Positions 1-12,331 of a stretch of DNA of 64,000 nt are shown one piece after another. The notes under the pieces were generated by a model. The model saw only the letters and a list, made by a program, of their open reading frames with translations. It made no database searches and was not told the origin of the DNA. The position numbers and the translations under genes were made by a program. The number at the start of each line of letters is the position of its first letter. Position 1 is the stretch's first letter. Source of the DNA: Chlorokybus atmophyticus (Eukaryota > Plantae > Mesostigma and Chlorokybus algae); assembly GCA_009103225.1 (NCBI GenBank), contig RHPI01002568.1:323742-387741 (forward strand). Direction: 5' to 3'.

Positions 1-1204
1 TGCTGATGCTCGTAGAGCCGATAAATTGCCTACACGCGAACACTTGCATGACACACTATGTGCTCGAGTTGAGGGGGGGGGCCTCAACACGGTGCCCGTC
101 ACGCAGAAGAATTTTTGCCTTACCATTACCGCGCCCATACACTGCCAGCGGCATTGCTGCTTGACACCACCCCTTTGCCTAGCCAACCGGGTGGCTAGGG
201 AAGGTGCTTGCACTGAAGGCATAACACAACTTCTGATGCAGATCACATGCCGCGAGGGGCCATGGAATACACTCCGAGCACTTGGACGAGGCATCCCAAA
301 TTGTCAGCTCATCCACCTCATTGTGTGGCTCACCTCGTCTAAGTCAAACAACACCCTCCACCCCGACCTCTTTGTCAGTCCTGCTGCGGGGTTTAATTTA
401 CATTAGACTCCCTTGCCTCGATAGCAGGGCAATTGATTATTGGTTTTGGTGTCCTATATGGATGTCCAACTAGTATGTGTGGACACGGTCGTCATCAACT
501 ACACAGCAGCTCGGCTACAACGAAGGTCTTCGACGCTGGCAGGATGAGCGTGACGCAGATGTGCTTGACCGCGCTGTTCGCTATCAACAGGACGATTCAT
601 AAACGCGCGCGCTGGCGCGTTAACAACTAGCACAGCAACTTTGTGAAGGCGCTAGAATCCTTGAGCAAGTGATATGGAGGCATCCGGCCGCAATCACCGA
701 GGCGGCGCGAGAGTTGGTGGCAACCTACGTCAGCCTACCACCTATCCTGCCAGTCATTTATGGCGACCGTCAAGGTCAACATTGGGAGCAAGCTATTACT
801 GCTGAAGCTTCACGCTTAGCCTTGGATGCCCCCGCTGAGTACGCACACTATGGTGCTGCACTTGCTGCTCCATCGGCTGCCCCATCGGGCGATTTGCCTA
901 CCTCGTCCTCAGCTCTATCCACACCGGTTCAGCAGTCTCCCCTTACCAGATGACGCACCCGCACCCGATGCTGCTCCACCCACGCCTGTACACCGATCCC
1001 CCTGTGGGTGTCTCATTGTCAAGTGGAATTGATCTTTCACTGTCATTGTCCCTTTCGGAAGATAAATCAGCACCCGGCACAGAGGTAGGACCCCGGTCCG
1101 CCCTAGTTGTGTTCACTGCAGCTCCTTCCGAGCACCTTTCTCCCACCAGAGCCCCAACGTCAGCCCCGTTGAATCTTTTCGCCCCACCCCGTACTTCAAA
1201 TTAA

Positions 1205-1620
1205 TAGGCTGCTGGTCCGCCCCAACATTGGCATGGTCAACAACTGGCGGGGCCACGTCCGCTTTGCACACCATGACTGGCTCCCATGCCACCTCTTGTT
1301 CGACACGCGCCCATCCCGTCATCCTTGGCTTGCGTGTTGCTGAACGTCTCGGCATCAACCTCAATAACTTGGACAACACCTCCCACGAGATACGCACCGC
1401 TTAAGGCGAGCTCGAGACCACCACGGGTGTGAAAAACTCGTCGCACACCATTACGATTTACCGGCATGCAACCCGAGCAGACCATGGTGTTGAGTGTTTT
1501 GCTTGGTCTTCGACTCCGTAATGTTTGATGTGCTTGTGGGCATGGAGGCGTTGTATCCCATCGGTGCCACCGTTGACACCTAGATGAAGTATGCACTCTT
1601 CCGACCTTGCTGGCACCAAA
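1205..1620 (+). pseudogene. Retroviral-type aspartic protease remnant
   Basis: Manual translation gives LLFDT(frameshift)AHPVILG at 1293-1330 and FDVLVGMEALYPIG at ~1524-1566. These match VLLATGAQPVMLG and FDLLVGQDCMYPVG in the protease ORF at 26309-26965. Confidence 0.75.
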
Positions 1621-1981
1621 GCGATGGCACCCCTACAGCTATTCCCTTTCGTCTCCCCACCTACTCGCACTACTCCTCCACCACTGTTCCTGTTAAACTC
1701 GCCAACGCTGCGCTGCATTACGGCTTGCACTTTGCCCACGCGGATTAAGTCAAATCTTAAGCTCTACACACCGTTATCCATAAGTGTTACGTTGGAGCTG
1801 AGTTTTTTTTTGGGCGGGGGGAGTTCAATCTTGTTGCATAGGCTTGGTAGCAAGTCTATGCGCATTCATTCAATTGTCCGCGTAGACCACATTGTCGTTC
1901 AGCTATACATTAGTTAAGCTGAGCATATACATTCAAGTAAAAGTTGATCCATTATCAGCGGGGGGGGGGGGGGGGGGGGGG

Positions 1982-2219
1982 NNNNNNNNNNNNNNNNNNN
2001 NNNNNNNNNNNNNNNNNNNNNNNNNNNNNNNNNNNNNNNNNNNNNNNNNNNNNNNNNNNNNNNNNNNNNNNNNNNNNNNNNNNNNNNNNNNNNNNNNNNN
2101 NNNNNNNNNNNNNNNNNNNNNNNNNNNNNNNNNNNNNNNNNNNNNNNNNNNNNNNNNNNNNNNNNNNNNNNNNNNNNNNNNNNNNNNNNNNNNNNNNNNN
2201 NNNNNNNNNNNNNNNNNNN
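1982..2219. other. Assembly gap (N run) flanked by poly-G
   Basis: Run of N. Confidence 1.
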
Positions 2220-2571
2220 GGGGGGATATTTATTCATACATCAACATGGCATCCTTGCACTCGTCCTCAAAGAAACTTGCGCAAACGGCACCTGCGGAGT
2301 TTGCAAACGCCACTGCTATGCAAATTAACCCATGCTTTGGGGTGCGTGGTAAAACATCAACTCCACCAATTGGGGCTCCACGTGAAGTAGCCAAGCAAAA
2401 CCCTACACAGCGCCATCGGGTTGCTCAGGCCATGGCGGCCCGCGTGGCCTGAGCACTGGTTATCTCGCCCCCTGTGCCTGGTAATTCTGTTCGCCAGCTG
2501 AACCTTTCCACAGTATGCCTGACACTACAACGGCGTCGCAACGGCATTATCGTCTGGGAGTTGTTTTGAGG

Positions 2572-4087
2572 TGTAACGATACCACTACTTACTTGCTGAT
2601 CGGGGCTTGACAAACTTATGCACAAGCACTGAGAACTTACAGTGGAAGTCCCACCAGCACCACGGACGTCACGTTAAAAGGACTGGCTTATGTCACTCAG
2701 TTCCTTACTTATGTGGTAAGAAGGATTAAGTGAGGATTCCATATAGTCATGGTGTGTGTAGCACCTGGCATGTGTGCTCATGAAGTTATAGCTTATGTAC
2801 TTAGCGCATAAGGACATAGCATCTACACATGACACTATCTACCAGTAAGTACATGACTAGCCAGTGTCAAGCGCATAGTCGCTAAGGCAGCAAGAGTGCT
2901 GCCCATGTTGATGTGTCCGAGGGTGGACAAAGTCAGCATGTGCTGACAGGTCAGCGCATAGGTGGCGATGTCTTGTTGGCCTCGGACATCCTATGTGCTA
3001 GGTCGGAGAGCAGCAGGTAGTATCAAGGCGTGACAACCACCTTGTGGTGGCAATTGCAATCACTTGCTTGCCTTGCACAGCTACTTGTGTGTGGGGTGCC
3101 TGGCTGAAGCTGTTGAAGAGTGCTCTCCCCATCTACTCCTTGTGGGAGTGTTGCTTATTGCAAGGTGTGCAGTAAGTTGATCTGCTTGTGCAGAAGTTTG
3201 TGACGCTCTTAGCAGGTAAGGTAAGAGGTCAACGTGACAACGGTGCATGGAAAATTGCAGCTCCGCACCAAGGGAGGAGAGGATGACCACCGGCCTTTCC
3301 ACACAGCTCCAGCCCGATGCACACACATGCCTAACACACCCACAAGACCATAGTAACACACCCTACAAGGGATGAGGGGGCCCTTAACTCTAACCCCAAC
3401 TTTAAGCCCCTTCAACAGCTAACAACAAGGCACCCCACACACAACTGGCCCTCTTGTAAGGCAACACACACTGATATCTTGATCTATACTGATTCAAACC
3501 CTACTTAAGGATGCAACTTAGCATTTGTACCGCATGCTGCTCTCCCGATCTGTCACACAAGATGTCCAAGCGTAGGCCTTGTCACTATACGCTGACCTTG
3601 TTCAAACGTTCGAACCAACAAACTCCACCTCGGGTGTATCAAACCACCTCGAATTTTCATGGGAATAACAATCCTACCTCGGAATCACAAATCCAGGCGC
3701 CCCTGACACATATGTACTTGCGGATTGCCCATAGGCACCACTTGCCTTGCGACTTTCACACCTATGGCAAATCGCACTACAACAGTACATATCCTGTGGT
3801 TGGCCAATTTGGCTTAATGTGTTTTACAACTGCCACTTTTTGTGGCAACTTACAATGCAATATTCAAGGCTCGCATGTCATAGGCAATAACCAACTGTGC
3901 TAGCCCTCATCAATGCCTTGTGTAGTTTATCATACTCAAGGCCTCATAGGCTCCAGAGCGGAACGCATGAGAGCACACCTTATTAGCACTTACACTCGCT
4001 TATCAGATGGAAAATCCCACTTGGTCCCTCCCTACTAACATAAGTAAGAGACAGACAATGACTTTTGCCAGCCTTATAAGCATGACA
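2572..4087. mobile_element. Solo LTR A (1516 bp) inserted in DNMT motif I
   Basis: Termini TGTAAC...TGACA. 5-bp TSD TGAGG (2567-2571) / AGAGG (4088-4092) with one mismatch. Excision rejoins motif I in frame. Confidence 0.8.
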
Positions 4088-4792
4088 AGAGGAGTCGGAA
4101 GTGGACTGCCATCCGTGAGCGTGGGCATCTCAGTCAGCAAATACTTCTACTGCAACCCAAGTCCGCAAGCATAAATAGCAGTGTCTCACCACCTGCTTAG
4201 GATGCGCACACGGTTCCCCCTGCCAGAGTCATCCGCAACTGCAGACAGCCTTCGTGCCTTTCCTCATGACATCCGCCTCATCACAGGGGAGAACTTACTC
4301 GCACCAAGAGTTGTGGACATTGTCGTCGCAGGATGGGAATGTCAAGGGCATTTACGAGGTGTCAAAGGACTTGGACTACAGGACCCACGCTCCAACCTGT
4401 TTTGGGAGTTGGTATGCACTGTATTTACATTTCAGCAACCTGACAGCCACCCGGCATACATTTTTGAGAATGTGTGTGCTCAGGATAACTGGCGTAACAA
4501 CATACGCAAAGACTACGAACAAGTTTGCACTGTGCTCTGCACATCTGTTGTGATTGACGCTGCGGCTCATGGCTCTCATGCACACCGATTGCGCAGCAAG
4601 TGGACAAACCTTGCTAGAGTAGGAAACTTAGCAGCAGCACCACTTCTGTCTGTTAAGCCTCCTGGCCTGCTCGTGCAAGACACACTAGCTGCTGAAGCTA
4701 CACCTCTAGCGATATCTTGTCCAGATTACAAACACTTTCATCCATGCAATAAGATGGGACACCCCATGGCTACCTTGCCAACATATGTGGCC

Positions 4793-5740
4793 TGTTGAGA
4801 TTCAGATAAAATACTACAAATGCACATAGATCTGGTGTAGCTACTTAAACACACATGCTACATCCTGAGCATACACACATGCACAGTAACCGCCTCACAT
4901 GAGCATACACGCGCTAAATTGTGTCCCCTACTAGCTTAGATTACCATGAGTTCACGGGCTTTTGTACCTCGCCAGTCTCTACACACGTGTACCCTAGCAA
5001 GCACCACTTCTATACTCAGCTAAACACGGCGCTGTAAGTCTTGCCACATAGCTAGCTTCAAACACTTTCCAACAAGCTATGCCACGCGCATACACTATAC
5101 TACACTCGGAGTTCTTGCCATCCTTCTGCAGCTTTGGGCTGCGCTAGCCTGCGCCAGACTCAGCCAAGTCCGGAGTCTTTGGGCTTGCTCACACTCCGCG
5201 TCGCACACTGTCCAGATCTGCCACTGGAGTCACAATTGCTCAACATCAATCTTTATACCATAACCACTAGTGTTGACATATACACGTTGACAGGCACATG
5301 CACATGGGTGATATGCTACATTACAACACTACAACTTATGTTAAGCCACAAGTCCACAGGGCCTTATACCCACCAAATTGTACATCAAATACGCACTGCT
5401 GGTCCACTAGCTACACCGTACGATCTATTTGGCCAAATCATGTTCTCTAAGTTGCACCACGTAGCTAACTGCAAGATCTATCCAACAAGCTACGCCACGT
5501 ATCATTCGGCTCTGTATCCAACAAGATCCAACGGTTCTTGTAAGCCCTTGCTCTGCAGTCCACTCGAACTCAGTCCGGAGTCATCGAGGTCCTCTCTATA
5601 TGTTCCTATGCAGAGGGCAAGCTGACCGGATGTAGGCATACCTTCAACAATTAACACACTAAGGACTTGGCCATTTCAAGCTGAGCGAACTTGTCTATAA
5701 TATGCACTCAATAGTGCAACTATGCAAACAACTTCAAACA
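4793..5740. mobile_element. Solo LTR B (948 bp) inserted in the DNMT
   Basis: Termini TGTTGA...AAACA. Perfect TSD TGGCC at 4788-4792 and 5741-5745. Excision restores the DNMT frame. Internal repeats CCAACAAGCTA(T/C)GCCACG and GTCCGGAGTC. Confidence 0.9.
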
Positions 5741-6038
5741 TGGCCTACCCAGGCTCACATTCCTTTCGCAACGGCAACATCGGTATGGTTTGGGATAGTC
5801 ATCTCAACTGTCACCGCAAACCTCTGGCTACTGAACGCGAGCTAGCAACGGGTTTTTCGCCTGGTGTTATCATACATGCTCCCAAGCTGGCGGAACACGG
5901 TTACTCATAGCTACTTGGTCGCGCCATGGACTAGAACAGCATGATTTGGTTGCCGAAGACATGCTTGGCCCTTCAACACAGCTATTGGCCACGCTAACCA
6001 CCCCGGCCAAATGCTGGCCATGTGAGGGGAAAACTTGC

Positions 6039-6531
6039 TGTTATGTACTGAGCAAGCGCTGGTCAACTACAGCATACACATGCACCAGACCATACACACA
6101 AGGCTTGCAAAGGGGTTTCACCCGAACCATCAACTTCTGAATTCCGCTGGCCTTTATACCAGCCAAACTACACATGTCTACGTTAGCAAGCACCGCGTGA
6201 GCTATACTCAGCAAATTGCCAATATGTAAGTTTAGCTGTTTAGCTTACAGCTAAAGCTTTTCAACAAGCTAAGCCACGCCTCCCAAGGCTTAGTATACAC
6301 AAAGTTCTCGCCGTTCTCCCAAGGTGTTGGCTGCGTTAGGCTGCGCCAGCCTCTTAGGCAAGTCCGGAGTCACCTGCTTGGTCGTACTCCGCGTAGTGCA
6401 CTCGATATTGGCTACAGACTCACAACGATCGATATCAGCTCATACTAGTAGCAGTACCTCTAAGGCTCATGCCTTAGCCAATTCACAAGCTGACTGGCCT
6501 GAGCAGTGTGCGAGACATGCTCATGCTAACA
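6039..6531. mobile_element. Solo LTR C (493 bp) between DNMT and RT, same family as solo LTR B
   Basis: Termini TGTTA...TAACA. Perfect TSD CTTGC at 6034-6038 and 6532-6536. Shares blocks with 4980-5210 (TAGCAAGCACC, CTATACTCAGC, CAACAAGCTA, CTGCGCCAG, AAGTCCGGAGTC). Confidence 0.88.
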
Positions 6532-6539
6532 CTTGCAGA

Positions 6540-9400
6540 CATTAATATCCCATCATTTGTCTCCATGGCCGTTCACGGCGTCGAGCTTGCACTTGAGGAA
6601 GCACTTGACATCGCTCACATCTACGAACCTGAGAGAGATACGGTTGGCGCATTGGCTGTATGGCTTTTGGCAATGTCGAGGACAAGTTAAAGTCCCTCAC
6701 TGAAGAGCACAAGACACAGTTTGCTCATTCACTCATGATCCGAGCAAGTACAACTTTTATGAATATACTATAAACTTGGACACACCTACGCCCATATTCC
6801 ACAAGCAACACCCGCTAGCAAAGGTTGAGATGAAGCTTTTTGAGACCGACTGCCAGAAGCTGCGGGACGCAGGACTCGTTATTGAGGAAGCAGCACACAG
6901 TACACAGTATGCAGCCACCTCCGTCATGTCCTTAGAGAAAGATGCGTAAGGACAGTGGATGGCAAATGTGCAGCGACTATCGCAACCTCAACAACCACAC
7001 AGTAATAGATCGCTACCGCATGTATACCCCTGACGAGATCTTTGACAGCATCGGCTTCTACAAGTACTTTTCAGTGTTAGACATGCGTGATAGTATCATC
7101 AGATTGGCATCAAGGCGGAGGACAAGTGCAAGACTGCTTTTTGGGGTAACCGATCACTGTATCAATAGAAGGTTATGCTTTTTGGGTTGCAGAATGCACC
7201 TGCTATTTTCCAACTCGTGATGGACGGATCCCTTTATAGCCAAAACAACTCCAGGTGCTACATAGATGACATTCTTATCTTTAGCCACATCATGAAAGCG
7301 CACCTGCAGCACATCAAGAAGGTGTTGCACCGATTGAAAGAGCACGCTTGCGGCACACTTCAAGAAGTGTACCTTCTTAGCTGACAAAATTCCATACCTC
7401 GGCCACCTCATCATCCCCAACGGAGTGATGATGCAGCAGGCAAGTAGATGCGTTGCTGAAGGTACCACCACCCATGGACATCAATCGGCGGCGTGCCTTC
7501 CTTGATCTTGCCAACTATTACCGTCAATTCATGCTTAACTTCTCCAAGTTGGCCAACCCCTCAATAACCTGCTGAAGAAAGCCATCACTTGGGGGGCATT
7601 GGGGCGAAGCCGAGCAGCAAGGCTTTCATGCAATGAAAAGCCACCCACATGGCTTCAATCCTGGCTCGCCCTAATTACCGCAAGCCCTTCATAGTCCACA
7701 CTGACTGGAGTCGGCTTAGGCTTGGTGCGGTACTCTGCTAGAAGAACAACAAGGGTAAGGAACAAGTCATGGCTTATGCCAGTCGGAACAATAACGCTGC
7801 GGAAGCCAACCACAGCACTGGCACCCGATACAACGGCGACACGCCCCGCAAGCACGCCATGTTGGTCGTAGCAACCGGCATACGCGCCGAGGCCCGCAAC
7901 TCAGTGCTCACGGCCACCATACCCCTGCAGGAGAAGGAGACATTATCGCATATGAGCTTACCTTGCTGTTGATCAAGACAGGAGCCCTGTCTGCTGGGCT
8001 GGATCACAAAACTACTGACCGCGCCAAGATCTACGCTTAAGACAATGATGTCCTTTGGCGCATCATGAACGATGACCAGCGCAGGGGGGTTCCCCCACCC
8101 AACCGCCGGGCGTCTATCACCGCCAACTTGCATTACCAACTTGCGCACTTTGACATGAAGCGCACTGCCAACATGGTGCGTGGAGACTATTGGTGGGACG
8201 GACTGGCTCGCAATGTTGCGAGGTATTGGGACAGTGTAAGTCCTGCAATTACATCACGGGGCAAGCTTCTCACATCACCACCCTCAGCTGCATCCCTTGC
8301 ACATCATGGGGCTCGGTTACCATTGGAGCAAAGACCTTGCAGGTGAGCTGCCCATCACACATCGCGGCAATGTATACATACTTGTCGCTATCGAGCACTT
8401 CAGCAAGTGGGTGGAGCTGATACCTCTACCAGACATGACAGCATCTACGGTGACAATGCGTACCTGAAGCACATTCTCAACAGATTCGGCGCTTGCGTAC
8501 AGCTGCTTACTAACAACGACAGTGAGATTCAGGGGGAGTTTAAAACTCTGCTCAACCACTCACTTGTCGATCACTGCTGCAATAGCCGTGATCATCGGCA
8601 GGCTAATGGCCTGGCAAAGAGGGTGGTGCAGACAGTCAAGAACGCTTTCCATCGCTAGTACGTAACCCCACGACCGGAAGAGTGGGACGACTTTCTACCT
8701 TGGCTTGCGCTTAGGTACCGCTGCACGAGGCAAACAGCCTCGCGTTCCTTTAGCCCATATTTTCTCATGTTTGATAGGGAACCCCTGCTACCCTTTTGCC
8801 TCCGTCACGCATTTGAAGCAGTGGAGGATCTCATCAACAAACCCATTCATATGCATATGATGAAGGTGTTAACGGCTCGCGCCACCGTACTCAAAGCCTC
8901 TGTGCCCATGGCGTTTGCCAACCTCAAGACCGCGCAACAACGGGACAAGCGGCGCTACGAACATGTGCGTAGCGGAGGCTACATAACACATACACGCAAG
9001 TTTTACATCAGCGATTATGTCTACTGCAAGAACCAAATCACCAACGCCTTGGACCCTGCCAACTACGGCACTGTGTCCAAGGTGGTACAAGTACGCGCAC
9101 AAGGCACCTCGTCTCTGCGAGATCCCTCCGGTAACATTGAAGTTGACTATGTACAAAACTGCTTCCCTTGTCATTGGCCATACATGGAAGGGCTCGGCAA
9201 ACCTCGCCTACGAGCGCATAACATGCATCGGCTGCGCCTTATACCGTCGCCCTTGGCCGGAATGTAAAACCTGCTAAGAACTTTGGCATGAGACTTGCAG
9301 TCTCGGCATTTCTCGTGTTGCCACCGACCCCAATGCGGCGTCTTCCTCTGCCAGCCAGTCGTGGCGTTGTCACAGGTGCCAAGCTCATTGCGAGACGCCG
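6540..9400 (+). pseudogene. Ty3 pol remnant: reverse transcriptase, RNase H, integrase, C-terminal PHD-finger-like segment
   Basis: DYRNLN, FSVLDMR, MLFGLQNAPAIFQ, CYIDDILIFS; PFIVHTDWS, MAYASR; HYQLAHF...YWWDG; AIEHFSKWVE, QANGLAKRVVQTVK, SPYFLMF; CIGC...ECKTC*ELWHETC...WRC. Many frameshifts and stops. Confidence 0.93.
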
Positions 9401-9406
9401 ATGACT

Positions 9407-9810
9407 AGGAAGGGGGGGAGCTTGTTGAATAACCACGGCCTTGTATCAAGCCTATGGGACTACACAGTTTGTTTTTCCCTTGCCACTCTCTCCCTGCACC
9501 TACTACCCCATCATCACAAGTACCGCAGCCCTCAGGCTCCTTCACCTATTACCCCTCGAGAGGTACCACAGCACCACCTACCATGCACACTTATCCATTA
9601 CGCTGAACATGTTCCCCCTGCGAGATATACCCCGCAATCGAGGCTTACCAGCACGACAGCTATCGGTGTTACGACGTCGATGTATTTGATTTGGATTGTG
9701 CTTTGCGCAGTGGAAATGTGAAGCAACGCCTTATTTAGTGGTTTATTGCATGAATACTCCCTGTAAGCTGCCGTACAGCTCGTGAAATGCCATATGGAAA
9801 TGCCCCCCCC
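9407..9810 (+). repeat. Polypurine tract and 3' LTR (right end lost next to the gap)
   Basis: Purine run 9407-9420 followed two bases later by TGTTGAATAACC at 9423, directly after the pol remnant. Confidence 0.7.
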
Positions 9811-9866
9811 CTACTGCAACCCAAGTCCGCAAGCATAAATAGCAGTGTCTCACCACCTGCTTAGGA

Positions 9867-10183
9867 NNNNNNNNNNNNNNNNNNNNNNNNNNNNNNNNNN
9901 NNNNNNNNNNNNNNNNNNNNNNNNNNNNNNNNNNNNNNNNNNNNNNNNNNNNNNNNNNNNNNNNNNNNNNNNNNNNNNNNNNNNNNNNNNNNNNNNNNNN
10001 NNNNNNNNNNNNNNNNNNNNNNNNNNNNNNNNNNNNNNNNNNNNNNNNNNNNNNNNNNNNNNNNNNNNNNNNNNNNNNNNNNNNNNNNNNNNNNNNNNNN
10101 NNNNNNNNNNNNNNNNNNNNNNNNNNNNNNNNNNNNNNNNNNNNNNNNNNNNNNNNNNNNNNNNNNNNNNNNNNNNNNNNNNN
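9867..10183. other. Assembly gap (N run), right edge poly-C
   Basis: Run of N. Confidence 1.
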
Positions 10184-10559
10184 CCCCCCCCCCCCCCCCC
10201 CCTACAATTGCCATGATGATATTGTGCCGCAGTTTGTTCACAATAAAATGTTGCATGTTTACTATACAACTCAGCTACCTTCGTGCAATAACGCGCTCAC
10301 GGAGTTTTTGATTAATACAATGACATACTATCGCGATCAAGCATTATCTAGGGGACATAATCACAGCATTTAAGTATACAATTATCACAGTTAGTAATAT
10401 CGATGTGACATTGATGCTTATTCTTATTGTTATAACTGCATTACCATCGCATCAAACATCATGCTTCAATGCAAGTGACCTTGCATGACACATCTCAGTG
10501 TTGTACTAATGTCCTCAAAACGTTTGAGGCGACATTTTGTTCAATCTTTTGTGGCAGTC

Positions 10560-11140
10560 TAGTGGCCGCGTCACCCTTAGTAAGCAAATCGCGGCCGTTG
10601 TTACAATCAATCATTCAATGCACTTGTTGCGACGCGCGCGCGACCAGTCACGTTAGCTCGTGACTTTTAAGATTTCGGGGGGATCCCCTCGCGACGCGCT
10701 ATCGTAACGCCCCCTATAGGAAACCTCGTACGCACACTCAAGCGCTGAATCGGCGACCACTTGTGACGGCGCGTCACCCGCGCGTGTGACCAGTAGCGTG
10801 ACTTGTATTTAGTTTCTCGGGCACGCACTACATTAACCTCGCATAAGACAACCTCATATGCACAAGTAAGCGCCATTTCTACATTTTCGACGGCGGCCGC
10901 GCTACCCTCATGACGCAACTCGCGGCCGTTGGTGTAAGCAAGCTGTCAATGCACTCAAGAGAGCGTGACTAGTTACGTTACCGCGTGACTTTTGAAATCT
11001 CGGTGACCCTCGCGCTATGTTAACGCCTCCCATAGGAAACTCGTATGCACACTTGGGCCCTACACCAAACGGTGTCCACTTTTAAAGAGCGCCTCCGACG
11101 GCCGCGTCACCCGCATCACACCCATCGCGGCCGTGATACA
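10560..11140. repeat. Diverged ~331-bp tandem duplication (two copies plus a partial third) upstream of the Helitron ORF
   Basis: TCGCGGCCGTTG at 10589 and 10920, each followed in order by TCAATGCAC, GTGACTTTT, CGCGCTAT, TAACGCC, ATAGGAAAC and GCACACT. TCGCGGCCGT occurs again at ~11126. Confidence 0.75.
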
Positions 11141-12300
11141 AACAACATCGTTAAAGTGGATAACATGACTGTTTGTAACTATGTATTTGTGCACAATTAC
11201 ACACAAGTTTATACACATGTATACAAGTATGTACTTGCTTGAATGTGTATACCAGGTAGGTAGTGGGTGGGTATTTTGTTATACAGGTATATATATACAT
11301 ATATATATATATATATACGTATTTATATGCAGATATACAGATGCGTATATGTGCATAAGTATGTACATATTAAATAAGTAGGATACATATATCAAAATTA
11401 ACATGTACACAACATAATATGGTTGATGAACCATAATATATGCGTACATATGGTTCATCAAATGCCATGTGCACCGTGCTCATGTTGTGCACTGATTCGC
11501 CTACATTTGAGAAACTTTGAATCTTGAAGGTGTACTTCTGACGGCCCAATTGTATTGTTTGTCAATCCAACGGTCACAAACTGCTACTCGCTGCCAGCCA
11601 ATTGCACTCACGGCTGGCGTTACTGTTGCCGTGTAGCGTGACGCGCGCGTGAATGCAAGCCGACTGACAAGGGTTAAATGGTCAATTAAACCGTTATCAT
11701 CCCGTTACCGTTAGAGCAGGGCAACGGAACTTGCAGTAACCATCACTTCTGGTTACCCCATTAGTCCCCCCCCCGTTACAGTCCCCCTCTGCAAAAATCA
11801 GGGGCGGGGACTTTGGTATCATCTTACAGTCCCCCCCGCTGTCCCGGCCGCGGGGGCCGCGCCCCTCGTCAGGCGCATTTCGCCGGGTACGATAGCGGCG
11901 CACGGTACAAAACCATCATGAACACGTTCTTCGGTTGAAGACCATGTTTGGGGTGCCCCTTTTATGTTAGCTGTTAATCGTTGGTGTTAAGTGGTAGGGA
12001 GTGAAAGTTAAAGTGATGGTTACTGATGGCGGCAAATGTATGGGGTACAGCCTTACCCCACTGTAAGAATCACGTTTATCCTACAGCATTACATTCCACT
12101 GACGGGGTAGTTGTCGTAACGTTCAAGAGAGTAAATCTGCTACAAATGACGGATTTTGTTGTTGCCGTTATGCCACGTCATTATATGCTGACGTGGCACC
12201 CACATATATATTTGTGAAATTATGTATCCTTGAACAAGTTCATTTAATGTTGACTCTTTAATTTGCTTATTTTAAGCATATTTATGCTGTTATCCATCAT

Positions 12301-12331
<31 letters not shown>

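Larger units (their letters stand above)
2540..5960 (+). pseudogene. Retrotransposon-borne C5 DNA methyltransferase, split by two solo LTRs
   Basis: After removing 2572-4087 and 4793-5740 (plus one TSD copy each): motif I GIIVWELF(*/R)GVGSGL, motif IV DIVVAGWECQGH, DPRSNLFWEL, motif VI YIFENV, motif VIII IDAAAHGSHAHRLRSKWTNL, contiguous TLPTYVAYPGSHSF, motif IX ERELATGF, motif X LLGRAMD. Confidence 0.9.
1..9810 (+). mobile_element. Decayed Ty3/Gypsy LTR retrotransposon carrying a C5-cytosine methyltransferase (gag?-PR-DNMT-RT-RH-INT-PHD-like-PPT-3'LTR); 5' LTR not found in the window
   Basis: Collinear + strand domain remnants: protease ~1290-1570, DNMT 2540-5960, RT YIDD at 7259-7270, RNase H PFIVHTDWS ~7685, integrase ~8100-8800, PPT AGGAAGGGGGGGAG 9407-9420, then TG-start LTR at 9423. 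Confidence 0.9.
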
